A stretch of 64,000 bases of DNA from Provencibacterium sp. (GTDB lineage: Bacteria > Bacillota > Clostridia > Oscillospirales > Ruminococcaceae): NCBI GenBank assembly GCA_022793895.1, contig JAAWDS010000040.1:442-64441 (forward strand). Direction: 5' to 3'. The notes below the pieces were generated by a model. It did no database searches. It saw nothing but the letters and a program-made list of their open reading frames with translations, and was not told where the DNA came from. Position numbers and translations under genes: made by a program. Position 1 is the stretch's first letter; every line of letters starts with the position of its first letter. Positions 13,017 through 21,441 of the stretch are shown here, piece after piece.

Positions 13017-15023
13017 TTATAGAATCGGAAGCTGCGCCTCGCCGCGCGCCAAGACAGGAATCCGGTTCAGCGGCGCATCGACGGTGATAGAACGGCCGCC
13101 CTCATAGCGCGTGCCGGTGTAGGGGTCGGTCCAATAGTCCCCTTCAGGAAGATAGAGCTCACGGGTGCGCATGCCGGGATATAATACGGGCGCTACCAGC
13201 AGGCTGCTGCCGAACAAATAGCAGTCTTCGACCTCCCAGGCGCGTCTGTCCGAGGGGAAGTCATACCAAAGCGGGCGCATGGGCGGCGTTCCGCACCGGC
13301 TGGCGGCCTCCATCGCTTCTTTGATGTAGTCATGAAGCCGTTCGCGCAGGAACAGATAGTCCTTTAAGATGTCATAGACCTCTTCGCCGTAGCTCCAGAC
13401 CTCGTTAGGCCCGCCGGTGCCGGCCTTGTTGGGGCTGTCGGAGGGGAAGCCGTTTTCACGGCACCCATGCAGCCGGAACACCGGGCAGAATGCGCCGAAC
13501 TGGAACCAGCGCACGAGCAGCTCCCGGTAGGCCGGATCGTCCTGGTTGCCGCCGTGGAAACCGCCGATGTCGGTCGTCCACCAGGGAATACCGGCCACCG
13601 CCATGCTCAAGCCTGCGGCAAGCTGCTGGCGCAGCGTTTCAAAGGTGGTGCCGATGTCCCCGCTCCACACCAGCGCGCCGTAGCGGGCGCTTCCCGCCCA
13701 GGCGCAGCGCAGCAGATTCAATGGCAGCTTCTCCCCGGCGGCCAACAGCCCCTCATAGAAGGTTTGGGCGTAGCGTACCGGATAGAGGTTGCCCACCTGG
13801 AGCACGCTCCCGGCGTGATAGCGGTAGTTGTCGAAATCATAAACCGCGCATTCGGGCTCCGCCTCATCCAGCCAGAAAACCCGGATCCCTAAATCGTAGT
13901 AATTTTTCTTGACCGTCTCCCAAACGAACTTCCGGGCCTCCGGATGGGTCGGATCGTAGGGGAGGGTATTGCCGCAGCCGTACATGCTGAACGGCACGCC
14001 CCGCTCTACCCGCGCCAGAAGGCCGCGATCGTGCATTTCCTGGAAATTTTCGCTGCGCGTATCCACATAGGGCCAGATCGAGACCATCAGCTCAATGCCG
14101 AGCGCGGCAAGCTCCTCGACCATCGCCTTGGGATCCGGCCATTCGAGAGGGTCAAAGCGCCAGTCCCCCTGATAGGGCCAGTGGAAGAAATCGCAGACGA
14201 TCACCGACAGGGGCAGCCCGCGCCGCTTGTGCTCCCGCGCGACCTGGAGCAGTTCCTCCTGCGTCCGGTAACGCAGCTTACACTGCCAGAAGCCCATAGC
14301 ATAGTCCGGCATCATGGGCGCGCGCCCGACGGCGGAGCTGTAGAGCGCTTCGATCTGCGCGGGGGAATCACCGGCGCAGATCCAATAGTCCATTGCCTTG
14401 GTGGCGCTGGCGACCCATTCGGTCGTATTTTTGGCAAAGGTCACGCGTCCGATGGCGGGGTTGTTCCACAGCATGCCATAGCCCTTGTTGGAGATGAAAA
14501 AGGGCACGCTGGCCTGTGAATTGCGGTGGGCAAGCTCCAGAGTCGTTCCCATCTTATCTAGGCAGCCGTCCTGATATTGGCCCATACCGAAGATCTTTTC
14601 GCCGGGGTTGGGTTCAAAGCGGACGGTTAGCTGATAGTCCCCGCCGGTGTGCGGCAGAAAATGCCGGCCGGGGATGCGCAGCGCGCTCGTCACCTCGTAG
14701 AGCCCGTGCCCGTCCATCTCTCCGCGCTCGCGCCACTGTTCGCGCAAAAAGCATGCGCCCTTTTGGTTAAAAAAGTGAAGGTCGCCGCCGGGGCCAATAG
14801 TTGCGGTGATCTTCCCGCAGGTGATGCTTCCGGAACGGCCGTCCGTTTCGATCACAGCGCCTTCCGCTTCGGGGCGGGGCAGAAGCGCCCAGTCGTTTGC
14901 GGGCAATTCTGCGTCAAAGGTGGCGCGCACGCGAAGCGCGTTTTCGCCCCAGGGCTCCAGGACGAGAAGCTCGCCCGCCATCCGCCGGACAAGCCGCCCG
15001 TTTTCTGCTTGGATGATTGCCAT
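13017..15023 (-). CDS. Glycoside hydrolase family 31 (alpha-xylosidase/alpha-glucosidase-like)
   Basis: 668 aa with GYGMLWNN, VIVCDFFHW, IWPYV, FWLDEAEPE, WSGDI and WTTDIGGF blocks typical of GH31. Confidence 0.88.
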   Translation of the reverse strand: MAIIQAENGRLVRRMAGELLVLEPWGENALRVRATFDAELPANDWALLPRPEAEGAVIETDGRSGSITCGKITATIGPGGDLHFFNQKGACFLREQWRERGEMDGHGLYEVTSALRIPGRHFLPHTGGDYQLTVRFEPNPGEKIFGMGQYQDGCLDKMGTTLELAHRNSQASVPFFISNKGYGMLWNNPAIGRVTFAKNTTEWVASATKAMDYWICAGDSPAQIEALYSSAVGRAPMMPDYAMGFWQCKLRYRTQEELLQVAREHKRRGLPLSVIVCDFFHWPYQGDWRFDPLEWPDPKAMVEELAALGIELMVSIWPYVDTRSENFQEMHDRGLLARVERGVPFSMYGCGNTLPYDPTHPEARKFVWETVKKNYYDLGIRVFWLDEAEPECAVYDFDNYRYHAGSVLQVGNLYPVRYAQTFYEGLLAAGEKLPLNLLRCAWAGSARYGALVWSGDIGTTFETLRQQLAAGLSMAVAGIPWWTTDIGGFHGGNQDDPAYRELLVRWFQFGAFCPVFRLHGCRENGFPSDSPNKAGTGGPNEVWSYGEEVYDILKDYLFLRERLHDYIKEAMEAASRCGTPPMRPLWYDFPSDRRAWEVEDCYLFGSSLLVAPVLYPGMRTRELYLPEGDYWTDPYTGTRYEGGRSITVDAPLNRIPVLARGEAQLPIL

Positions 15024-15158
15024 AGAAATCCCTCCGTTTGTATAGAAGTAATGAATGCCGTCGATCGTGAACAGGTAGTCCTTCGCAAAACGGCCCTCCA
15101 GCGCCGGTAAAATCCGGGCCGCGTTTCTGCTGCCGGCGCGGGGAAGCGCAGCCGTCTT

Positions 15159-16001
15159 TTAAGGGCATTCTGCGCCGGGCCAATCCGCCCGGCTTCCGGA
15201 ATAACCGAGCAGTCGGGAAAGCCGGTAGGCCATGTCGCACATCGTCGGCAGATGGGCCTGTATCTTATCGTCCGTCAGGCGGGCGCAGGGCCCGGTGACG
15301 CTGAAGCAATGGGAGACGCGGCCGGTATCATCGCGGGAGGCCACGGCCACGCAGCGGACCCCCAGCTCGCACTCCTCGTTGTCGCAGGCATAACCCTGCC
15401 GGCGGATGTTCTCCAGCTCGGCGGCCAGCTCCTCGCGGGTGCAAAGCGTTCGGGAGGTGAAGCGGGGCAGGCCCTTGGACTCGATATAGTGATCCAGCTC
15501 CGCGCTGGAATAGTTGGTGAGCATCAGCTTGCCTGCGCCGGTACAGTGCAGCGGCGCAATGCTTCCAATGCGGCGGGTCGAACGTAAGATCTGATCCGGC
15601 CCGTCCTGTATGTCGGTATATAAAGCCTGCATATCCTGCTCGACCGACATACAGGCCGCCTCCCCGAATAGGCAGGAGAGGTTCCGCAGGATGGAACGGC
15701 TGAGATCCCGCACGTTGTTGTTCATATTGGCGAGGACGCGGTTGGAAAGAACGCAGATCTTCATGGTGGTGCAGTAGCGCTGTGTCTGCGGATCCTGGTA
15801 GACATAGCCGCGCCGCTCCAACGCGCCGACAAAACGCAGGGCGGTGCTCGGATTTAATCCGGCGCTCTGCGCGATATCCTGAAGGCGCAGGGGCTGTCCC
15901 AGCTCGGCCATCTTTTCTAAAACCAGCAGCAGCTTTTCAGAGGATTGGTTGCTTCTGGTCAGCTTTTTTTCGACAGGCGTCCCGTTTTGCATGGCAAACA
16001 T
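15159..16001 (-). CDS. IclR family transcriptional regulator
   Basis: N-terminal wHTH (LRLQDIAQSAGLNPSTALRFVGALERRGYV) plus a C-terminal IclR effector domain (HCTGAGKLML...). GGGAGG RBS. Confidence 0.88.
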   Translation of the reverse strand: MFAMQNGTPVEKKLTRSNQSSEKLLLVLEKMAELGQPLRLQDIAQSAGLNPSTALRFVGALERRGYVYQDPQTQRYCTTMKICVLSNRVLANMNNNVRDLSRSILRNLSCLFGEAACMSVEQDMQALYTDIQDGPDQILRSTRRIGSIAPLHCTGAGKLMLTNYSSAELDHYIESKGLPRFTSRTLCTREELAAELENIRRQGYACDNEECELGVRCVAVASRDDTGRVSHCFSVTGPCARLTDDKIQAHLPTMCDMAYRLSRLLGYSGSRADWPGAECP

Positions 16002-16208
16002 TCACCGCCCTCCCGATTCTCTTATATACTTTCCCGCTCATTTTATCAAGTTGGATCTTCCATGTCAACTTACATTTTAATTATTGAAATTAAATTTTCT
16101 AACTTCGTAATATATATGCAAAATATAAAATTAAATTTGAGAAATATCCAGCATTGAAATCGCTGGAGAAATATGTTATCCTTTTATTTAGGAATTTACA
16201 AAATAATA

Positions 16209-16223
16209 TTTCAATATTTGAAA
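16209..16223. promoter_or_regulatory. Palindrome TTTCAA-TAT-TTGAAA in the AT-rich iclR/bgl divergent region (candidate operator)
   Basis: A perfect 6-3-6 inverted repeat about 40 nt upstream of the GH1 start, inside a roughly 240 bp strongly AT-rich intergenic tract. Confidence 0.35.
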
Positions 16224-16264
16224 CTAGAAAGTGTGCCAGCTGTTGAGAAAGGGGATAAAGGAGA

Positions 16265-17617
16265 ATGGGATTCCGGCAGGATTTTATCTGGGGTGTGGCT
16301 ACGAGCAGTTACCAGATCGAGGGGGCCGCGGCCGAGGATGGGAAAGGACCGTCGATCTGGGATGTCTATTCCCACACGCCGGGCCGGGTTTTTGAGGGCC
16401 ATACCGGAGATATTGCCTGCGATCATTACCACCGCTATCGGGAGGATGTTGCGCTGATGGCCAAGCTGGGGGTAAAGGCTTACCGGTTTTCGCTCTCCTG
16501 GCCGCGCATATTCCCGGAGGGAAAGGGGGAGGTGAACGAAAAGGGGCTTGCCTTCTACTCGGACTTGGTGGATGAGCTGCTGTCCCACGGGATCACCCCT
16601 TATATTACCCTCTATCACTGGGATCAGCCCTACTCGCTCTACCGGCAGGGCGGCTGGCTGAATCCGGAGAGTCCCAACTGGTTTGCAGAATATGCCGGAA
16701 CGGTGGCCCGGCGCTTAGGGGATCGGGTAAAGCATTACATTACTTTTAACGAACCGCAGGTGTTTATCGGCCTCGCGTTTGTGGATGGCGTGCATGCGCC
16801 GGGGTACCGGTTGCCCCGGAAGGAAACGCTGCTCATGGCGCACCATGTCCTGCTTGCGCACGGAATGGCGGCCCAGGCGATCCGGGCGGCTGTGCCGGAC
16901 GCGAAGGTAGGTTATGCACCCACCTCCAACGTCCCCGTTCCGGCTTCGGACAAGGCGGAGGATATCCGGGCGTCGGAACGCGCCTATTTTGAAATGCCGG
17001 AAAACGGGGACTGGTCCTGGAATGTGGCGTGGTGGAGCGATCCGGTCCTGCTGGGGCATTACCCGGAGGATGGGCTGCGGATCCTGGAGCCGGATCTGCC
17101 GCGGTTCGGTCCGAACGATCTGAAGACCATTGCGCAGCCGCTTGATTTCTATGGCCAGAATATCTACCGGGGCGTGCCGACCCGCGCGAAGGATGGGGGA
17201 TGGGAAGAGGTAGCTCACGCGCCCGGCTCCCCCAAAACGGCGATAGGCTGGCATGTGGACTTTGACTGTCTCTATTGGGGTGTGAAGTTTTTATATAACC
17301 GCTACCATACGCCGGTGATCATTACCGAAAACGGGATGTCCGCTACCGATTGGCCGTCGCTCGACGGGCAGATTCACGATGCGAGCCGCATCGATTACCT
17401 GCACCGGCATTTGCTGGGGCTACGGCGGGCGGCCAGCGAGGGCGCGGAGATTGCCGGTTATTTTGAATGGTCGTTTATGGATAACTTTGAGTGGAACAGA
17501 GGCTACAGCGATCGTTTCGGCTTGGTCTATGTGGACTATGAGACGCAGAAGCGCATTCCGAAGGACTCGTTTCATTGGTATGCTCAGGTCATCCGGGAAA
17601 ACGGCGCGAATCTCTGA
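16265..17617 (+). CDS. GH1 beta-glucosidase
   Basis: FIWGVATSSYQIEGA...YRFSLSWPRI...TFNEP (acid/base Glu)...ITENG (nucleophile Glu)...FEWSFMDNFEW. Confidence 0.93.
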   Translation: MGFRQDFIWGVATSSYQIEGAAAEDGKGPSIWDVYSHTPGRVFEGHTGDIACDHYHRYREDVALMAKLGVKAYRFSLSWPRIFPEGKGEVNEKGLAFYSDLVDELLSHGITPYITLYHWDQPYSLYRQGGWLNPESPNWFAEYAGTVARRLGDRVKHYITFNEPQVFIGLAFVDGVHAPGYRLPRKETLLMAHHVLLAHGMAAQAIRAAVPDAKVGYAPTSNVPVPASDKAEDIRASERAYFEMPENGDWSWNVAWWSDPVLLGHYPEDGLRILEPDLPRFGPNDLKTIAQPLDFYGQNIYRGVPTRAKDGGWEEVAHAPGSPKTAIGWHVDFDCLYWGVKFLYNRYHTPVIITENGMSATDWPSLDGQIHDASRIDYLHRHLLGLRRAASEGAEIAGYFEWSFMDNFEWNRGYSDRFGLVYVDYETQKRIPKDSFHWYAQVIRENGANL

Positions 17618-17696
17618 TGAATTTTATTTTGGGCTCTCCCGTCCGGCGGCAGCTGCCGCCGGACGGATGGGGTTTCAAAGAAAGGATGGGTCATAA

Positions 17697-18653
17697 ATGA
17701 AAATCGTATTTTTGGAGCCGCTGGGGATTTCGACGCAGCAGATGAAGGCGTGCATGGATAAGGCGCTGGAGGGCTATGCGGCGGAGAAGCCGGAGATCGT
17801 CTACTATGAGGACCGCGTGGAGGATGCGCCGGCGCTCATCGAGCGCAGCAAAGACGCGGAGTGCGTGGTGCTCTCGAATTTCCAATACCGCAGCAACGTT
17901 CTGGAGCATTGCCCCAAGCTCAAGATGATCTGCGTGGCGTTCACCGGCGTGGATCATGTGGACACCGCCTACTGCCGCGCGCACGGCATCACCGTCTGCA
18001 ACTGCGCGGGCTATTCGACCGTTGCGGTGGCCGATCTGGTGATGGGCTTCGCCATCGATCTGGCGCGCAACATTGTGCCCTGCAACCAGGTGGTGCGGGA
18101 GGAAGGCGTCAAGGACGGCTTGGTCGGCTTTGAGCTCGAAGGGAAAAAGTTCGGCGTTATCGGCGCGGGCGCGATCGGCGGCCGCGTGTTAAAGCTCGCG
18201 CAGGCTTTCGGCTGCGAGACGCTGGCCTACAGCGTCCCGGCCCGTCCTATCGATGGGGTCCGTTTCGTTTCGATGGATGAATTGCTGGAGAGCTGCGACA
18301 TCGTTTCGCTGCATGTTCCGCTGAACGATGAGACGAAGGGCCTGATTGGCAAGGAGCAGTTGGCGAAAATGAAGAAAAGCGCCTTCCTCATCAACACCTC
18401 GCGCGGGCCGGTAGTGGACAGCGCGGCGCTGGCGGAAGCGCTGGAGAGCGGCGGCATCGCAGGCGCTGCGGTGGATGTGTTTGAGATGGAGCCGCCTATC
18501 CCGCAGGATCATGTGCTGCTGAAGGCTCCCCACCTGATTGCAACGCCGCATGTGGCGTTTGCCTCCCAGCAGGCTTTTGAGAAAAGAGCGGTGATCGTCT
18601 GCGAGAATATCCGGAAGTGGATGGAGAACGCCCCGCAGAATGTAATGGCTTAG
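17697..18653 (+). CDS. D-isomer-specific 2-hydroxyacid dehydrogenase family protein (PGDH-like)
   Basis: NAD-binding GVIGAGAIGGRV, a catalytic-domain pattern LINTSRGPVVD and TPHVAF. Confidence 0.85.
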   Translation: MKIVFLEPLGISTQQMKACMDKALEGYAAEKPEIVYYEDRVEDAPALIERSKDAECVVLSNFQYRSNVLEHCPKLKMICVAFTGVDHVDTAYCRAHGITVCNCAGYSTVAVADLVMGFAIDLARNIVPCNQVVREEGVKDGLVGFELEGKKFGVIGAGAIGGRVLKLAQAFGCETLAYSVPARPIDGVRFVSMDELLESCDIVSLHVPLNDETKGLIGKEQLAKMKKSAFLINTSRGPVVDSAALAEALESGGIAGAAVDVFEMEPPIPQDHVLLKAPHLIATPHVAFASQQAFEKRAVIVCENIRKWMENAPQNVMA

Positions 18654-18690
18654 TTGGTTTGAGAGGAAATAGGATTCCGGCATAAAGCGG

Positions 18691-18750
18691 CAGCCCGCAA
18701 AGGTGCGAAGAGAACCTTCGGTTCCCAGCATCTTTGCGGGCTGTCCTTTA
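18691..18750. terminator. Large-loop hairpin terminator between convergent genes
   Basis: 12-bp stem cagcccgcaaag/ctttgcgggctg with an inner gaacc/ggttc stem, followed by a T-rich run. Confidence 0.5.
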
Positions 18751-18820
18751 TCTCTGTCAAACCGGAGAAGCATTTTAACCGGCTGTTTCGTAGGCGGAGG
18801 GCTTTGCAGCGTCCGCCGGC

Positions 18821-19525
18821 TTATTCTGCGCCCTGTCTGGCTCCGGCGCTTGCAGGGATTTCCTCTATCTCCAAAACGGAGAGCCGATCCCCCTCCACGG
18901 TAAAGCGCACCTCAAAGCCGGCAAATTCCAAGCCATAAACCCGGTTCGGCGCATGCTGGTAGGAGGGGCGGGGATCCTGCGCCAGAACGGCGAGAAGCCC
19001 ATCCCTCCGGCCAGCCGGGAGCTTTTCCAGCAGCGCAGCCGGGCAATTTACCGCCAGGCTCCCCTGCTTGGAGGAGAGAGCGAAACCGCCCAAGGCGTCC
19101 GGATAGGAGTCGGCATAGGGGAGGTAGGGCTTAATGTCAAAGATGGAGGTTCCATCCATCAGGTCTGCTCCGGCTACATGCAGAATGGGGCCCTGCGGGC
19201 TTTGCAGCTCGATTCTCTCCAGCCGCACCGCAGAAAGCCCCAACGGATTGGGGCGAAAGGGGGAACGGGTAGCGAAAACGCCCATGCGGGCGTTGCCGCC
19301 GAGCTTGGGCGGGCGGACGGTAGGGGACCACCTCTCCCGCGCCGTTTCGGAGAAATGCCAAAGCAGCCAGAGATGGGAGAAGCCTTCCAATCCCCGCAGC
19401 GCTTCGGGGCGGCGAAACTCCGGTTCAAAGAAGATCTGCGCCTTGAGGGCTTCGATGAGGCCGCTCTGGCGCGGGATCCCGAATTTCGTTTTGAAGTCGC
19501 TGCGGATGTGGGCGATAACCTGCAT
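18821..19525 (-). CDS. trmO: tRNA (N6-threonylcarbamoyladenosine(37)-N6)-methyltransferase TrmO (YaeB/TsaA family)
   Basis: IAHIRSDFKTKFGIPRQSGL...LEGFSHLWLLWHF...RPPKLGGNARMGVFATRSPFRPNPLGLS...DIKPYLPY...AQDPRPSY aligns closely with E. coli YaeB as recalled from memory. Confidence 0.88.
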   Translation of the reverse strand: MQVIAHIRSDFKTKFGIPRQSGLIEALKAQIFFEPEFRRPEALRGLEGFSHLWLLWHFSETARERWSPTVRPPKLGGNARMGVFATRSPFRPNPLGLSAVRLERIELQSPQGPILHVAGADLMDGTSIFDIKPYLPYADSYPDALGGFALSSKQGSLAVNCPAALLEKLPAGRRDGLLAVLAQDPRPSYQHAPNRVYGLEFAGFEVRFTVEGDRLSVLEIEEIPASAGARQGAE

Positions 19526-19618
19526 GGGAAAAACCTGCGGCAAAAAAACACCTCGCTTTTTTACAGAGGGGACATCCGGCAAGTCTGGCTTCCCCTCGAT
19601 AAAAGGAGCCGGACGCTT

Positions 19619-19756
19619 TTAGAAGGGATAGAGCCGGTAGGCGATCCGGCGCAACGGGTCGCGGCCCTGCTTGGCGCCGAGAGCCGCCAATTTCTCGGAG
19701 GAATCGATACCAACCGCCGTCAGCTTTTTGGCCATCTCCCGGCCGATGTTTTTCAT
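19619..19756 (-). CDS. Small ORF resembling a TfoX C-terminal (HhH) domain, 45 aa
   Basis: MKNIGREMAKKLTAVGIDSSEKLAALGAKQGRDPLRRIAYRLYPF. The NIG...L..VGI....L..LGA pattern is TfoX_C-like. It is below the ORF-track size cutoff. Confidence 0.4.
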   Translation of the reverse strand: MKNIGREMAKKLTAVGIDSSEKLAALGAKQGRDPLRRIAYRLYPF

Positions 19757-19893
19757 AGAAGTTCATTTCGCCGTCGAAAGTTCCCCCTCTCGTTCCGGTT
19801 GTTAGGCTGCTATGATTTTATCACAAGCGTTTGCAGGATTCAAGCTGGACAAACGCTCCGCCCGAAAGAGAAAAGCGCCCAGAAGGTTCCGGA

Positions 19894-19922
19894 TTGCATC
19901 CGGCCGCCGGATGTGCTATACT
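19894..19922 (+). promoter_or_regulatory. Candidate promoter upstream of the hyd maturase operon
   Basis: TTGCAT, 17 nt, TGcTATACT (extended -10). Confidence 0.6.
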
Positions 19923-20005
19923 AATACCGTATCCTGACGCCAAAAACAGGTTTTGCGGCGGAAGGTTCGGCGCTTAAAAGGAAAAAAGGGGGAGATCCCC
20001 TGTTT

Positions 20006-20040
20006 CGCCGTATCTTCTGCCGGGGATACGGCGTTTTTTT
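20006..20040 (+). terminator. Intrinsic terminator inside the hyd operon leader (attenuator or sRNA 3' end)
   Basis: cgccgtatc-ttctgccggg-gatacggcg followed by TTTTTTT, 50 nt before the first hyd-cluster start codon. Confidence 0.7.
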
Positions 20041-20090
20041 GCGTCCGTTTGCAGGTGGGGCGGGCAGCTTATGAACTGTAGGAGGCTTTT

Positions 20091-20342
20091 ATGGAAACCA
20101 GGATTGCCGTCATCGGCGTTGTGGTGGAGGAACCGGAGTCGGTGGAAAAGCTCAACGAGATCTTGCATGGATACCGCGACGCTATCATTGGGCGGATGGG
20201 CATCCCTTACCGGCAGAAAAACATCAGCATCATCAGCCTGGCGGTGGATGCGCCGCAGGAGGTGATCTCGGCGCTTTCCGGCCGGATCGGCAAGCTGCCC
20301 GGCGTCAGCTCGAAAACGGCCTACTCCGGGGTGCGGGCATGA
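20091..20342 (+). CDS. TM1266-family iron-only hydrogenase system regulator
   Basis: 83 aa (METRIAVIGVVVEEPESVEKLNEILHGYRDAIIGRMGIPYR...GKLPGVS), an ACT-like small protein immediately upstream of hydE. Confidence 0.8.
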   Translation: METRIAVIGVVVEEPESVEKLNEILHGYRDAIIGRMGIPYRQKNISIISLAVDAPQEVISALSGRIGKLPGVSSKTAYSGVRA

Positions 20343-21394
20343 ACGGAACCGGGATGCTCATTGAAAAGCTCGCGCGGGAGGGAAACCTGACGGACGGCGA
20401 GCTCGAAATGCTTATCCGGGAGCGGACGCCGGAATCCGCCGCAGCGCTGGCCGCCGCAGCCCGCGCCGTCCGCGAAAAGATCTACGGCCGCGCCGTCTAT
20501 ATTCGCGGGCTCATCGAATTCACCAATATCTGCAAAAACGATTGCCTGTATTGCGGGATCCGCCGCTCCAACCGCCGGGCCTCCCGTTACCGGCTGAGCG
20601 AGGAGGAGATTTTAGGCTGCTGTGAAACCGGCTATCCGCTCGGCTTCCGCACCTTTGTGCTTCAAGGCGGCGAGGATCCCTATTTTACCGATGAGCGGCT
20701 CTCGGCGGTGGTGCGTTCGATCAAGCGGAGGTTCCCGGATTGCGCCGTCACCCTCTCCTGCGGGGAGCGCGGGCGGGAGAGCTACCGGCGCCTGTTTGAA
20801 GCGGGGGCGGATCGTTACCTGCTGCGGCACGAAACCGCCGCGCCGGAGCACTACCGGAAGCTGCACCCGCCAGCGATGGAGTTTGAGCGCCGGATGCAGT
20901 GCCTGCGGGACCTCAAGGACATCGGCTATCAGACCGGCTGCGGCTTTATGGTAGGATCCCCCTTTCAAACGGTGGAGGATATCGTGCGCGATCTGCGCTT
21001 TATCCGCTCCTTCCGTCCGCACATGGTGGGGATAGGCCCCTATCTCTCCCACCCCGACACACCGTTTTGCAGCCAGCCGGACGGGACGGCGGAGCTGACC
21101 CTCTTCCTGCTGTCGGTTATCCGCCTGCTGCTGCCCGGTGTGCTGCTCCCGGCCACCACCGCTCTGGGAACGGTCATGGCCGGGGGACGGGAGGAAGGCA
21201 TTTTACGCGGCGCGAACGTGGTGATGCCCAACCTCTCCCCGCCCTCGGTGCGCGGGAAATACCTGCTTTACCATGACAAGCTCTCCTCCGGGGCGGAGGC
21301 GGCCGAAAACCTGCGGGAGCTCTCGCGCTCGATTGAGGGGACCGGCTATACCGTGACGGCCGGGCGGGGGGATAGCCTGCTGGCGGACGGATAA
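20339..21394 (+). CDS. hydE: [FeFe] hydrogenase H-cluster radical SAM maturase HydE
   Basis: CKNDCLYCGIRRSN radical-SAM cluster motif. 351 aa, with the context TM1266-hydE-hydG-hydF. Confidence 0.9.
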   Translation: MNGTGMLIEKLAREGNLTDGELEMLIRERTPESAAALAAAARAVREKIYGRAVYIRGLIEFTNICKNDCLYCGIRRSNRRASRYRLSEEEILGCCETGYPLGFRTFVLQGGEDPYFTDERLSAVVRSIKRRFPDCAVTLSCGERGRESYRRLFEAGADRYLLRHETAAPEHYRKLHPPAMEFERRMQCLRDLKDIGYQTGCGFMVGSPFQTVEDIVRDLRFIRSFRPHMVGIGPYLSHPDTPFCSQPDGTAELTLFLLSVIRLLLPGVLLPATTALGTVMAGGREEGILRGANVVMPNLSPPSVRGKYLLYHDKLSSGAEAAENLRELSRSIEGTGYTVTAGRGDSLLADG

Positions 21395-21441
21395 ACGGAA
21401 AAATCTGACGGGGAAGCGGACGCTGACCCATAAGAAAGGAA

